Source: Octopus sinensis (lineage: Eukaryota). From it: 64,000 nt of DNA. The notes beneath the pieces are model-generated. The model was not told the DNA's origin, did no database searches, and worked only from the letters and a program-made list of their open reading frames with translations. Below are positions 23,544 to 38,134 of the stretch, in pieces; positions within the stretch are counted from its first letter, which is position 1, and every line of letters starts with the position of its first letter. The stretch lies in contig NC_043000.1 of the NCBI RefSeq assembly GCF_006345805.1, forward strand, positions 142,724,001 through 142,788,000, read 5' to 3'. Position numbers and translations under genes: made by a program.

Positions 23544-24365
23544 AAGGTTACAAAGTACGGTAAATAAAGTAAATTGATCCTGCAACGGTTTCAAGGATAG
23601 ATATTCTAGTTGCTAGATCAACTACAATGTAGATTCATTCATTAATTAACGTGTAAACGACTGAGTACTCTACATAATCGTATACTGTTCACGTAATCAG
23701 TATGTGACAGTGTGTGACAAAGATGGTTCTTTGAATTTAATGTACAATTAATATGATACGATGTCACGAAAATTTTGTGTGTTTCACTACTTCCATTCAT
23801 CCGAAGCTTGTAAAAGTCAAACATGCCTAAGATGTCAAGCAATAAGATTGAAAGTGTAATTAACTTGTGGTTACACTTGGCAATTCGGTGGTAACTGCGT
23901 TATGTGTATTGTCAGGAATAGCACAGAGAAAACATGAAAGGATCATTAGCATAAGCTGCATTATGCATGGGTTCAGCATTATGTATGTGAACAACTTCCT
24001 TATTTATCAAGTACCGAATCAATCCAGTTCCAAATTGTTATTCCTTAACTCCATGTTTTTTCCGATCGAGATGATTTATAATCAAAATCATTTTAATTGT
24101 GCCCATCTCATCTCATTTTATATAAAGAAAAGTATTAACCAATTTGTCCTTCTTTAAGATTGTAAGATGAGACCTGTAGGTGTTGGTTGTTATTTCAAGC
24201 ATACACCCATTTGTAGTAATTGTTCTTAACATTTAGCTTCAAATCAAAACTGATCCCGAAAAAATTATGATCGAAGGTGATCGGCCTTGATAATTTTTTC
24301 ACGTATATATGAATATACTGATACATATGATCTTCTATTTTTAAGCCTGTAATATATTACTCTGT

Positions 24366-24612
24366 GGAGGCGCGTGTCTTAGTGGTTAGGGTGTCAGCAT
24401 CATCATCGTAAGATTATGGTTTCGATTCCTGGACCGGGCGACGTGTTGTGTTCTTGAGCAAAACACTTCATTTCCCGTTGCTCCAGTCCACTCAGCTGGC
24501 AAAAATGAGTAACGCTGCGATGGACTGGCGTCCCGTCCAGCTAGGGAACACATAAGCCATTGAACCCGGGAAACCGGGTCCAAGAGCCTGGCTAGGCTTT
24601 TAAAGGGCGCAT
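24366..24612 (+). mobile_element. SINE family C (tRNA-like head)
   Basis: A box CTTAGTGGTTAGG, B box GGTTTCGATTCC; 14-bp TSD TAATATATTACTCT on both sides. Confidence 0.92.
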
Positions 24613-25310
24613 TTATTATTTATCTTATTAATATATTACTCTAGATATTCAGCGATTTCTTTCCAAAAGATTTAGCGATCACGCAGTACTCTCATTGCCT
24701 CGTGGCTATGGCATGCTGTAATTCGCAAAAGCAATAAACAGTTAAGGATACTTGTTTTACATTTTTGAGCAGACATACATTTATAGCAGTTTCCATCTAT
24801 ATAAATTCTGAATTTAATGTGTTTTTTTGTCAGAGATAATTTCTTTAATATCGCTGAACATTGTAATAACAAAAAAGAAACTGATGATGAATAGAATGAC
24901 TTAATCTGTGAAATATATTTGTATATACATATAAATGGGGATAAATTTAATTTTGCCAGTATTGAAAACAAATCTTGACAACCAAATTAATATTATTCTG
25001 AAGTATATCAACGAGTAAAGATGAGGCGTTTCCTTCTTACATTTAAATCTGAATTGCGCTTGGAAGTGGAAAAGTAACATATTTCTTAAAAAGAAAAGCA
25101 CATTAATTAACTTAAGACAAGAAAACAAATAAAACCAGTAGTTACATATTTAACTGAATTTCTTTTTTCTGAGATTGTTTTGAAGAAAAATATTAAATAA
25201 ATTGTTATCTTGCTAAGCAAAACACCATGTTAACTATATGCTTGGGAAATTAAATTACTATAAAACATACAATTTATAAAAATGGTGCTTGGAGGAAAAA
25301 GAAATCAGTA

Positions 25311-25369
<59 letters not shown>

Positions 25370-25509
25370 TAATAATAATAATAATAATATAATGATAATA
25401 ATAAAAATAATGATAATAATAATAATAATATAATAATAATAATATAATAATAATGATAATGATAATAAATAATAATAATATAATAATAATAATGATAATA
25501 ATAATAATA

Positions 25510-25556
<47 letters not shown>

Positions 25557-25592
25557 TAATAATAATATAATGATAATGATAATAATAATATG

Positions 25593-25652
<60 letters not shown>
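25311..25652. repeat. (TAA)n microsatellite, about 340 bp
   Basis: Direct read. Confidence 0.98.
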
Positions 25653-25654
<2 letters not shown>

Positions 25655-26550
25655 AAAGAAAATGATGACAAAGAGCATGAAAATATAGTACCCATTAAGC
25701 AATATCTTTGGTAGAAGACAGACTGTTTGTATCGTTTGAAACGAAATCTATTGGTAATTTATGGAGAAAAGTAGATGAAAAATCAATTATGTCAAGAAGC
25801 CTGTCCAATGAAACAATTTTTAATACAGTTTACTTTTTTGGCAATTTATGATATATAAATATTGTTTTAGCAAGTTGACTGGTATTTTATTTAAATCGCT
25901 AGTTGGCGCGCGGTACGTCATTTAAAGATCGTTATACAATAGTATTTGTTTTGTGTGTCATATCGAGAAATAATAATAGCTAAATGCATAATATATTGTA
26001 TATTAAGCGGGAACAAAATATCAATTTGTTTTTTTCTTAAACCACAAGCATCGCTGCAAAACAACAACACTAAGAATCTTTAGTTCTACCGTCACAGAAC
26101 AGGAGATTAAAGGAGAATTATTCGATGAGAGAAAATGTAAATAAATGCTGACTGACTTATTCGATATTCTTATACGCATGTTTATAGGCGGCAGGGTTAG
26201 TGTAACAGACAGCTCAACTAATGAAAAATAATGACACTCAGTCCAAATACTTCATTTTCCTAAGCATCTTAACTATGTTTCTAACAGATAAACCTCGGAT
26301 TTATCTGTATGTATACATATTTGTGTGTGTATGCATGTGTGAGCGAATGCGTATCTCTTCGTTGTTTTTCTTGTCCGCTCGCTTTTAACAGAGCAGTTTA
26401 TGTTGCTGACACGACTACATTAAAGGATATTATGGTAAGGTATCGAAATTGTGATGATTTGTGGTCGATAACTGCTTAGGAATTGAGCCTATCTAAGTCC
26501 ATATCGCTTTTTGCCTGTTCGTTCTGATCCCGCTGAGCCGTAGTTACACG

Positions 26551-26590
<40 letters not shown>

Positions 26591-26639
26591 ATATATATAC
26601 TTTATTTGTGGGTTCATAAGGCAACCAATTGTTTCTTGT

Positions 26640-27000
26640 AAGGAAATCTTCACAGTTGTTCAAGCGTACAAAATAGAAATGCTGGTGGTCGTCTCCATGT
26701 CAATCGGATGTCCATTTTATAGCTTCCCACAAAGTAATCGTACAATGATTCTCTTTTTGGTCCCAAATATAACGTTGAGCCACTGGCAATTGGCGTTTGT
26801 TACTGTATTAACACGGGAGACCCTGTTCGTAAGAAATAAGTTTCCGGGGACCACACTTTTCAGATTGGGACGCCCCAGTAACAATTAGGCAAAATAGACC
26901 AATTGGTCAGTTTACATGCGGTTTTCGTTTTAAGCCGTGTAATCACTCGATACTAGCTACGTTGCATTTTCATTGATGCATGCTCATAACACTTCGAATC
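26640..27000 (-). pseudogene. Possible Tc1/mariner transposase N-terminal relic
   Basis: Fragmentary GRP... HTH-like region and YK(M)...DDH...FC pattern; heavily decayed. Confidence 0.35.
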
Positions 27001-27099
27001 TTAAGAATAACAGCGTCCAGAATATACTTTACCTACATACATGCAAGCATACATACTTACAAATATACATACATATATACACACATGGTTGAACTCGAC

Positions 27100-28720
27100 T
27101 CGTGAGGTAATAAAATCCATTTTACTCTATGAAATTTCTCTAAGTTGTTCCTCCCATCGTTAATGACGTCTCATGCAGCTCCTTAGACTTAGAGATCTTT
27201 TCACACTGACCACAAGTCAGCCTCTCAGAAACGGCCTGACCACATGAATGTTTGGGCCTATAATGCCGAATGAATCAACTGGTCGACCATACACTCTGCT
27301 ACGCATGGTGCACGAGAGGACATACTGGATGTCATATTGGTAGACGGGGGTGCCTCTGTGACAATGCTTGTAGCTGAGTAGATCTTCTTTGTGAAGATCA
27401 CACTGCTCATATGAAAGAGATTCTCTGGTGCCCTTAACAGGAAGAGGAGTCACATCTTCCATATATTTACCAACACTTTTCCCTTCAGTATATACAACTC
27501 TGTTGTTCCCTAATACTTCATCACGTGTAGCAATCAGATTTCTCCTCAGCTTTCTATTTGATGTAGGATCTTTCTAAGTGTTAGTATTGATAATGATCTT
27601 TACAATTGAAAAGGTGTTGGAGTGGCTGTGTGATAAGTAGTTTGCTTACCAGCCACATGGTTCCGGGTTCAGTCCCACTGCGTGGCACCTTGGGCAAGTG
27701 TCTTCTACTATAGCCTCCGACCGACCAAAGCCTTGTGAGTGGATTTGGTAGACAGAAACTGAAAGAAGCCCGTCGTATATATGTATATATATGTATATAT
27801 ATATATATGTGTGTGTGGAGGAGTGTATGTGTGTGTGTATGTGTGTATGTGTTTGTGTGTCTGTGTTTGTCCCCCCAACATCACTTGACAACCGATGCTG
27901 GTGTATTTACGTCCCCGTAACTTAGCGGTTCGGCAAAATAGACCGATAGAATAAGTACTAGACTTACAAAAACTAAGTCCTGGGGCTGATTTTCTCGACT
28001 AAAGGCGGTGCTCTAGCATGGCCACAGTCAAATTACTGAAACAAGTAAAAGTAAAAAGAGAGTAATTGTGTCTTCAAGATTGTCTTTGCAACGCAACGTT
28101 TACTTGGCTTGCACTGGAGACACTTTCCTAGTTCCAGATCATCATACAACTCCTGGTCTCAGCTAAACGGTGAAGATGACCGGACTGTTTAAGCTGGTAT
28201 TTCAAGATACTCGTTATCTTCGCCAGCTGCAGTACACGCCTATCAGTTACATGAAACTACTATGAGCTCTTCGAGATGTTATGCAAATATCATTGGTTGA
28301 AATGCTGGAGCCATTGGATGTGCCTACAGTAAAATGTCCAGGTCTCCCATATCAATACAACAGCACTATTAAGCTGTATGTTTGATAGACCTCAACTTAC
28401 CTGGCTGCTTTGAAGTCCGTTTTTAACCAGAGTCTCGATTCAAACTTTACAAATGCGTACAGTCTACAACTGTGTACTAAATCTAGATAGTGTGCTACCA
28501 GGATCTACGATTTTAAATTTTTAGCCTTGACGGATATCCACCATGGCATATATGGCTTGCCTGCTGCTGATTGTAACGTGACTACTATGTTCTTAAGGCT
28601 GGTTGTAAGTCTAAATTCATCAAACGTGGCTAAAAAACTGTGAATTAGGACCTGCAGGTCTTTTTCAGTGTAGGTTACGAGATCGGAGTAAGGACGTTTA
28701 CGAATGAGAGCCATGAACGC
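27100..28720 (-). mobile_element. RTE-clade LINE relic (RT and C-terminus), interrupted by a SINE B
   Basis: YSDLVTYTEKDLQVLIHSFLATFDEFRLTTSLK resembles the RTE YADD..LQ...F......GL.ISLKKT region; ETWT-like segment further downstream. Confidence 0.7.
27617..28063 (+). mobile_element. SINE family B, full length
   Basis: GGAGTGGCTGTGTG head, GGTTCAGTCCC B box, CORE-like GGCACCTTGGGCAAGTG, (TA)/(TG) spacer, GTAAAA tail. Confidence 0.95.
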
Positions 28721-28959
28721 TTTTGTTATTGTAGTGAACCGACGGATGTTGAAAAATTTACATGTCGAGCAGTAACGGATGTAGACACTGGCATCATTAT
28801 GCGTTATAGCTGATTGCGTTGGGTTCAGTGTTGTATAACAGTTTATCCAAATTAAAACATATCCACACATAGGAACTTCTTTGACGTTCGGAACAATACA
28901 CGGATATGCAAAAAAAACAAACTTGCAACTGAAATTACACACCTTACAATTTAGAATAT

Positions 28960-29549
28960 GTCATTGCTAGCCTATACGCAAGCAGCATGGGATAGTGGTC
29001 AATTCATCTTGAAATGTGACGATGGAGTGGTTCGTCAGCAGACCGAGTGACTGAACAGCTCCTTTTAGAGATAGCACTGCTCGTCTACTGGCCAGTGGGG
29101 CCTGGGAAACGAAGTCTAAACAACGCTTTCCACAACCAAGCTGGTCAACACATCGTGGATCGCGATTATTCACTAAGGCAAGCGAAATACAAATGTTCAA
29201 CAAACATTTGCGTTAAATCATGGACAAATAACATCTTCAAAAGAAAAACTCAATTTTAAGATCAAGTGATGGAATCTAATTACATTTTTAGACTTGCCAG
29301 AATCCGGCATACATTGAGCACTGTACCACTTTTACATCTACTCTTTTACTTGTTTCAGTCATTTGACTGTGGCCATGCTTGAGCACCGCCTCTAGTCGAG
29401 CAAATCGACCCCAGGACTCATTATTTGTAAGCCTAGTACTTATTCTATCGGTCTTTTTACCGAACCGCTAAGTTACGGGGACGTAAACACACCAACATTG
29501 GTTGTCAAGCGATGTTGGGGAGAGAAACACAAGCACACAAATACACACA

Positions 29550-29586
<37 letters not shown>

Positions 29587-30260
29587 CATGTATACATATA
29601 TACATTTCCGTCAACCAAATCCACTCACAAGGCTGTGGTCGGCCCATGCAGTGGGACTGAACCCGGAGCGATGTGGTTGGTAAGCAAGCTACTTACCACA
29701 CAGCCACTCCAACGCCTATGTAGGAAATGTTTTTCATATCAGCTCGATATAACTGCACCCTCAAAAGCGAAGTTTTTTCATGACCAGTTAAAAGAACTAG
29801 AGTCTGGCTACAACTTACTTCATAAGGAGTGGTCAAACAATTTACGTCGAGATACTGGTGTTCCTTTTGCCGTTAGAACCCCCTTGGGAAATCATTTAAC
29901 AGAGCTTCTTCGCTGTTTCTCTCAAGTGTAATGACAATATGGTTTCAACTCCACTCGAAACGCTTCAAGACAATGATCACTGTTATGCACCAACTGTTGT
30001 CAGTCTCAAGGGTGAAATAAACGTTTATCCTTCTTTTGTACGCGTGGTGAGGGGGGGGGCGGTTGATTAAAAAACATTTCTGATAAATGTTGATAAAAAT
30101 GACAAACTTGTATTTCTGAGGGATTTAAATGTCCGTTTAGGATAGTGATTCTATATTTTTGGAGTAGCATAGGAAATCACGGACTAAGTAATAAGCAACG
30201 CAAATAGCCTACTCTTTATAAAGCTGTGCCAAGAGTAGGAATTAATGATAGTCAATATTT
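28960..30260 (+). mobile_element. RTE-clade LINE 5' relic (APE endonuclease), interrupted by a SINE B
   Basis: QLKELESGY...RDTGVPFAVR, CYAPT and DKLVFLRDLNVRLG (GDFNAR-like) motifs. Confidence 0.7.
29340..29717 (-). mobile_element. SINE family B with internal deletions
   Basis: Matches family B consensus. Confidence 0.92.
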
Positions 30261-30333
30261 AGTTCAGACAAAATGAGTAAATATAAGGATACTTGGAAGT
30301 TTCTACGTTCAGGCTCCGTCACATTCTCGATTG

Positions 30334-30542
30334 TACATACATACATACATGTAGGCATACGTACATACATGCGTACGTACGTACGTACGTACGTATATAG
30401 ACACACACACATGCATACATACAAACATACATACATACATACATACATACATACATACATACATACATGCATGCATACATGCATACATACATACATACAT
30501 ACATACATACATGCATACATACATACATACAGGCATACATAT
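30334..30542. repeat. (CATA)n microsatellite
   Basis: Direct read. Confidence 0.97.
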
Positions 30543-30544
30543 AT

Positions 30545-31860
30545 GCATCCCAGACTTAGAAATATATGGCAGTCAGAAATCTCTTCTTACAAGACAATAT
30601 CCCACAATGCATTTGCAATAGATGTGCTGATTCCAACATTTCCGACACTTAACTTGTCAATAGAAGAAATCCAATCCACAGACGTTGAAACTCCCCAAGA
30701 TAACTGCTTAAACAGGAAGTCTCCATAGAAATAGAGATATCGAGAGGCTCTGCCTAAGAACAGATAAAGGAGGTGGAGGCTTGAGGTCAGTACAGGTAGC
30801 TTTTGAATGTCGTGTAGTCTCCCTCAGACAGCACTTGCTAAAAACAGAGGGGGGAAATAAATGCATTAACTTAGTGATGTAAAATGAATTGAACAATATC
30901 CTACGTGCCAGGAGCGAACCCCTCAGGAAGCACTCTCTTCTTAACTTTCCATGCAACCCTAAAGCAGCCGGGCTAACATACCTGAAAGAAGGGTTGGAAG
31001 TAAAACGTTCAGCACACAACATAAAGACTATGCATAGGTTTGTTTCTCGTAGACTTGAAGACGACAGTAATATCAACATAAAGCAAAGCTACTCTAGGAT
31101 TCGTGACCACCACCACACATCACACTTCGAAGGCTACGATGTATTTGCAATCCAAGAACAGGAGATTGCTGTTAATAGACAAAAGAGACAGCGAAGCCTT
31201 TGCAAACCTTAGATACAGCCGAAAATGTTGATTATGTCTTATAACTGTGGAAGGCATTACATACGTAATTAGCAGCTGCCCAAAAGTGTCACCAAGTTAT
31301 TACCTCTCATTGTGACACGACGTCATTTGCGAAAACAATAATACAATGCTATGTAGAAGAATAGAAAGCTACTCTCCTACTGTTATTGAATGCGTTCACA
31401 AACGTCAACAAAAGGGACACTGGTGGGAAATTTCCATCAAAACACCAGTCAAGTATAACCATAACTGGCCGGATGTTGTTGTTTTGGGATAGACAAGAAA
31501 ATTAATATACTGTCATAGAGGTCAGTTGTCCTACTGATGTGAATATCTCGTTGAAAATCAAAGAATAAGAGGATAACTAGGATAACTGCTTCAAAACCCC
31601 CAACTTCAATATCCTAATTATAAATTTACATTTATACCAATAATAATCTGTACACATGGTTTTGTGAGTAAATGCCTAAGTAAGAATCTGGGGAAACAAG
31701 GGTTTCCAGAAAAAGAAGTCGACAAACTAACTCGTACCTTACAAAAACAATCTGTAAGTGGAACAGTAAAATGTGACATTGTTTTCGTTATCTATATTTC
31801 ACCTGTAGAGTTTTGTACCTTTTTTAGAAATTGGCTACTTCTTCAGAGTAAAAATTTAAA
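30545..31860 (+). mobile_element. REL-LINE relic (RT thumb, zinc motif, endonuclease)
   Basis: DIERLCLRTDKGGGGL, AIQEQEI, NHNWPDVVV, IEVSCPTD motifs with many stops. Confidence 0.85.
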
Positions 31861-34324
31861 TAATCACAAACAGTCGAAACCATACATACTTTAATTTTGC
31901 CCGAGGGCAAAAGATGGAAGCAAGCGATATCCACCAAAAGTTTAACAACATAAAACTAGGCAAGTCGTACATATAAGAAAAACTATGTGCTATTTTTTCT
32001 ATTTGCTGACGGTGATATGGCAACTAAAAACAGCATCGCTTCAGAGGGGAAAAATTGTATTTATTCTAATATTAATATTTGTATTTCCAAATATATTTCG
32101 CTTGAATACCCTTATGTATATCAGATTACATTATTATTATGTTTGTGCATTATGCTAAGATCGCTCTGTTTCTACAATGGAAAGGCATATTGAATGACTT
32201 ACTAAGAAATATCTGTATGTATGTAATATTTGTGGAAGCTTCGCAACAAACTATATGCAAAATACATGCATAAAACTACGTGGGGAAAATAAAATAAAAT
32301 AGAGGCGATACTGTCGAAAATTCTATTTTCAAATTAATATAAAACTGTACGAACACACATATATATCTGTGTAAGAGGAGTATGTTTATAAATATATACA
32401 GAAATTATATTTGTCTATGCAAATATATCGATTTATAATATAAGAAGACGCAGAACAAACAAGCTGTTCATTTCTACCTTGAAGGTGAATTGCCAGGATT
32501 TAATCTTTCAGAAAATATGATTTGTTGAATTATATCTTCAAGATGGTTTATTTCTATTGTAAATTGAACAAGTTCTATATAAGTTTTGCCCTTAAGATGA
32601 GCATCTATATATTTAATTCGACACTGTTTTAAGCTATTTTCGTTTATATTCTTTCCTATGACCATCATATTACTGCCAATTGTTTAACTGATCGGATATA
32701 TATTTACATCTAGAGGATTTTATAACAACTTATCTCTCACTTTGGCAGGTTTACTAACTATTTACATCATGTTTAAGAAGAATCTATTTTTATGTGTGTT
32801 ATCTATAAATGTATTTTTGGACAGAGTTGACAAGAACTGTGGACTGTTAGACTAAATATATTACAGAATTTAGTTTTGATCCACTCATCCAACTTATCTA
32901 CCTCTCCGACTTCGATAAAACAAATAACAGTAATGTTGAGCTGTATTTTGATAAATCACCTAGCGCAAGAAATAGTTTTGCCTATTCCTATAAAGATAAA
33001 AGATCCGCTATTTGGCAGCTCAACATGCTGGAAATAGTAAGCAAATCTTTCTCAAATCAGACTCTGCTGTTTCCAAACGAGAAAGGCTATTAAATCATGT
33101 AATTTTACATATATTTAGTCTGAAAATAAAATACGATGGTTACCATTGACGGAATGTTTTTGGATACAATTATGTTTCATCAGGGTTGTCGGGAAACTAC
33201 ATTGTAATAACAAGACAGGAAAATTGAATTGAACTTTAGATTAGCATATCGATGTATAAAAATAGCCGTATATATTCCATGAATTCTTTGAAGTTTTATG
33301 TGAATGGATAATCATTAGAATCTGAATTAGTTTCAGGCCTAAATAGGATTTGTAAAGAAACGACAGAAATAAAACTTGATATTATGCTAAACATTTCGAC
33401 AAGGGACCAGTTCAAGTTTTGTTTTCTACTTCATCGTACGGCACACAATACCGGTATGAGATTGCTCGGCCTTCTAGAAGTAACGACCAAATTTCCTTTA
33501 AATCATACTCTGCTATCTTCGAAAAAAGGGCGACACGAGATGATGTAATCCTAGGGACAGTAATATCTTAAACTTGAGAAACAGATGGGACTGTCACAAC
33601 TGGAATCGCTTTTGATCATAGTTCTGCTTCTTTCATGTAGCGATTGAACATTCTGACAAAATATCGGCGACAAAATTTCCCTGTGTTTTTGTTTCTCATT
33701 ATGCTGATATATTGAAAAACATGATATCAATATTGTCTTATCGGATACGAATATTTTGATTTTTTTCTATGTTTGTCTTTCGTCTCCTATCAGCCAAGAT
33801 CGAGAATACTTTTGATTAAAAGTACAGAAGCCATAACCATACTCATACCTTTTTACTTCAATATGTATTCATACACGATATGTAATTATAAGAGCCAAAG
33901 ATCTAAGAGTAGGAAGTTTGTAAGCTTCGAGCAGTCCATGGTAGTTGTAAAACAACAACGTTCAGAAACAATAATAATTTAATGTTGAAGATTGTAGGCT
34001 TTTCGATATGCTGAAAAATAATCTTTTGTGGCTTACGGTTAGCAAATTCAGTCGCTATGAATGCGAATAACAATCCAAACTGAGGGACTGGAGCATGTAA
34101 AATTCAGACTACATATTTTTCCTAGCTAGTAGATCCTCTGACATCTAAGAACACTGTATCCATTTTTTTAGCCTTTGTTTTCAGTTGAGCTAAGTATAAT
34201 TTACTACAAATTTACCAATTTCATGCCGATTTCTATCAGAACAAGTAGCCAACCAGAGGCCTCCTCGCCAAAGATTTTCATTTCAGCTTTTATGCACTAT
34301 ATTTTTACTCTAGGGTGCAAAACA

Positions 34325-34900
34325 CGTATAGGTCATGATCAACTTCCGACAATTCTTTCAGTGCACGACACACATTCAGTTGTGACTGACTTTGATCTTC
34401 CGTGAGCAAGTGAGGCACAAATTTTGTGGCAACACTTTTCATTCTCAATTACTCGCTCAAACTTCGTTGGCTCCAAATACACCAATCATATCAACAAGTT
34501 CATTAATTGTTCAGTGACGGTCTTTCTAGATCAGTTCATGAATCTTTATGTTGTTTTCATTCATTCGAGAGGTCGACAGTCGCCTTGAACGAAGTTAGTC
34601 TTCAAGCTACCAGTGACTATTCCTAAAGCATAAAACCATTCCTAAACTTGCGTTTTGCCCATGGCAGCGGCCTTGTGCACTCTCTGAAGCATGACAACGA
34701 ATTCGGCCACCGTCCCCCCCTCCCCCACAGCAAAAAGAAGAACGGAATTTCATGGTAGCACGCTGTTCCTTCGTTTCAGCCATCGCAAAAATCGACGAGC
34801 AGTGAAGAAAAACTGCTGCGAAACAAAGAGGCATCAATTAGAAGTACGACACAACCGACGACGCCGGTCAATAGACTGATGCCTGTGGGTTGCATCAAGT
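34325..34900 (-). pseudogene. Mariner transposase N-terminal relic
   Basis: [13 protein letters not shown]...AMGKTQV*EWF and KFVPHLLTEDQ (WVPHEL-like linker) motifs. Confidence 0.8.
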
Positions 34901-35102
34901 GGCTTCTAGTGGCAGAAGACCCAACTACAACGGGCTTGTCCCACCGGGAACGTTTCTTTGTATATATATATATATATATATACACATGTATATATACACA
35001 TGTATATATATACACATGTGTATATATACATATGTGTATATATATACATATATATATATACATGCTGGTGTTATCCAAAAGAAACGTTCCCTGTGGATCG
35101 TT

Positions 35103-35174
<72 letters not shown>

Positions 35175-35481
35175 ACTACGCCAAGTAGGCAGACAAATAC
35201 AATTTGCTTACGTGTACACATGCATATTATGCGTATACATAAAATTTATAGAAAATGAAAGTCAGCAAAGTATATAATTCATTTAAAAATATTATTTCCC
35301 TTTTCTACATTGATTCGATATCTTTTGTGTCTTTCCTTTTCTTTCTTCTTTTGTCTATTCTATGTTTATTTCTGTGTTTTTATTTCTATCCCATTACTTT
35401 CAGTAATAACTGAATTGAATCTTCATTCTCTGTATTTCAGAAATATAACAACCATTGTTATAGAAACTGAAGAGAAGTATG

Positions 35482-35526
<45 letters not shown>

Positions 35527-35639
35527 ATGTGAGTATGTGAGTGTGTGTACGGATATGTGTGTATGCGTGTGTTGCAAACTCACACGCACGTGATTGTACA
35601 GAGAAATGTATGGTTGGGTTTATATGCATTTATTCATAC

Positions 35640-35819
35640 ATGCATACATACATACATACATACATAAATGCACGCATACAATTGTACATATATATATATA
35701 TATACACATATATACATATATTATATATATATATATAATATATATATATATACATACATATATACATATATATATATACATATATATATATATTATATAC
35801 ATATATATACATATATATA

Positions 35820-35867
<48 letters not shown>

Positions 35868-35942
35868 CATATATATACATATATATATTATACATATATA
35901 TATATATACATATATATATACATATATATATATTTATATATA

Positions 35943-35987
<45 letters not shown>

Positions 35988-36060
35988 GTACATATATATA
36001 CATATATATATTTATATATATATATATATGTATACATACATGTATGTATATATATTACAT
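35640..36060. repeat. Compound (TA)n/(CATA)n microsatellite
   Basis: Direct read. Confidence 0.97.
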
Positions 36061-36919
36061 AGTGTGAGTGTCTATAATATATTTATATATTATCGTTATT
36101 AATATTGTCTCAGCATTTTTGTTTTGAATATGTTTATTGTGAATAATAATGAGATTAATAATAAGAATAAGAAAGCTAAAGAATAAACATGTTTAGATTT
36201 ATTATTGTAATTCTAGTGGCTGCTGCACTTTCATAGTCCGATTTATAAAGTTATAAGCTTATGTATGATAAATACCTTTGTTATTGAAGCATGGCTTTTA
36301 CGAACATATTTTGAATACGTTGAAGCGAATGTACGCCAGCTAAACTCTATAATACTTCTTCTACATTACTTAACCTCACAATAAATATCATTCCAAGCAT
36401 TTGGTTGTATTCAATACTGGAAAATTCAAAACGCCGCAAATTCTAAGTGCGTGAGCGAGATATAGTTTTTATATAGTTATAAATCAAACAGAAAATGTGC
36501 AACGCTCTGTCATATAATAGTAATTTCCGTAGGATTAACCAAAGAATTTCCATTTGGTTTGGTTTATTTGCATGTCAATTTTTTTTTGTAGGGGTTATTT
36601 TATGTTATACTCTTTTGCATTTCGCACATTCTTTTTCACAACAAGTCTGCATTTACAATAGACACACATGAAATGATGGGTTAGTATTCTTTCAATGAAT
36701 TCCTTTTTTATTTTATTTAATTTACATATTGTACTTTATTTGAAAAATAGACAAACAAAACCCGTGTTTCACTTGATATATGTTGAAATATTTGTCTGGG
36801 TCATCCCAACTACCAGATATTAGGAGCACATATTATATGTTTATGTATGCGCATGTGCATGATATGACTTATAATAGTGATACTAACGTATCGATAAGCA
36901 TATAAATATGTAGCAGTGA

Positions 36920-37236
36920 GGGCGCGTGGCTTAGTGGATAGGGCATTCGGCTCATGATCGTAAGGTTGTGAGTTCGATTCCCGGCGACGCGTTGTGTCCC
37001 TGAGCAAGACACTTTATTTCACGTTGCTCCAGTCCACTCAGCTGGCAAAAATGAGTTGTACTTGTATTTCAAAGGGTCAGCCTTGTCACTCTCTGTGTCA
37101 CGCTGATTTTCCCCGAGAACTACGTTAAGGGTACACGTGTCTGTGGAATGCTCAGCCATTTGCACGTTAATTTCACGAGCAAGCTGTTCCGTTGATCGTA
37201 TCAGCTGGGACCCTCGTCGTCGTAACCGGCGGAGTC
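36920..37236 (+). mobile_element. SINE family C, long-tail variant
   Basis: tRNA-like A/B boxes; 13-bp TSD TAAATATGTAGCA at 36903-36915 and 37239-37251. Confidence 0.95.
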
Positions 37237-37842
37237 TTTAAATATGTAGCAAAAACATTACATTCTCTCCCTTATCAAATGCAGGCACCAAATGCAAACA
37301 TTTTGCCAGAGTAAGCTTGCTCTTAGCTCTCTCGTTATCTCTCTCTTCATCCCTCACACACACTGAGCAAATGCATAAACATCTGGTCATTGTTTAAATC
37401 ACATCAATGTTTTACCTCATCATAAAATATCCCCCTTTAAATGCGTTAAGTTCTCGGTAGCGCCGTGAAAGATGCGTTCGATTTCCGAAGAAACGGTTCC
37501 CAGTCTTTGAGTCTTATCTACTAAGTTGGCCTTGCACATCATTACACCCTAAGCTTCCAGTTTGAATGGTAGATACCCTACGCTATTTTCTTTCGTCGCT
37601 CTAAAGAAAAGTCTACAAAGATACCGTCTGAATGACACCATATGGTTGCTGATTTTGTCAAGTCTGAGTCGTAAATGTTTGCGTGATAGCGTTTCTGTGT
37701 TGGTAGATATGGAGAATAGTGTATAATATTTACTGAAGCAGTTTATTCCCCACCCCTAAATTGTAAAGAAACTCGTATCTCACTGATCTTGTTGATTTTA
37801 TTGTCGAGCTTTTCTGCTTCCTGCAAGTTTCTGTGTCTATCA

Positions 37843-38134
37843 TGAAAACTTCTTCATAGCCGCTTGTGACTATTGTAAAGCAGCACGCATCTTTATATTT
37901 TGGCTGGAAATGTTTGTGCTGTAGGTTTTCCTGTTGGTATAGTGGTGTGCTGAAAACTTCTTCATAGCCGCTTGTGACTATTGTAAAGCAGCACGCATCT
38001 TTATATTTTGGCTGGAAATGTTTGTGCTGTAGGTTTTCCTGTTGGTATAGTGGTGTGCTGAAAACTTCTTCATAGCCGCTTGTGACTATTGTAAAGCAGC
38101 ACGCATCTTTATATTTTGGCTGGAAATGTTTGTG
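37843..38134. repeat. Perfect 108-bp tandem repeat, about 2.7 copies
   Basis: Units start at 37844, 37952 and 38060. Confidence 0.97.

Noticed and set aside
36920-36990. tRNA genes (also 24366, 47600, 49816)
   Set aside because: A/B boxes present but they are SINE heads followed by SINE bodies and flanked by TSDs; no full cloverleaf
37843-38134. CRISPR-like array
   Set aside because: Contiguous identical 108-bp units with no unique spacers, no cas genes, eukaryotic context
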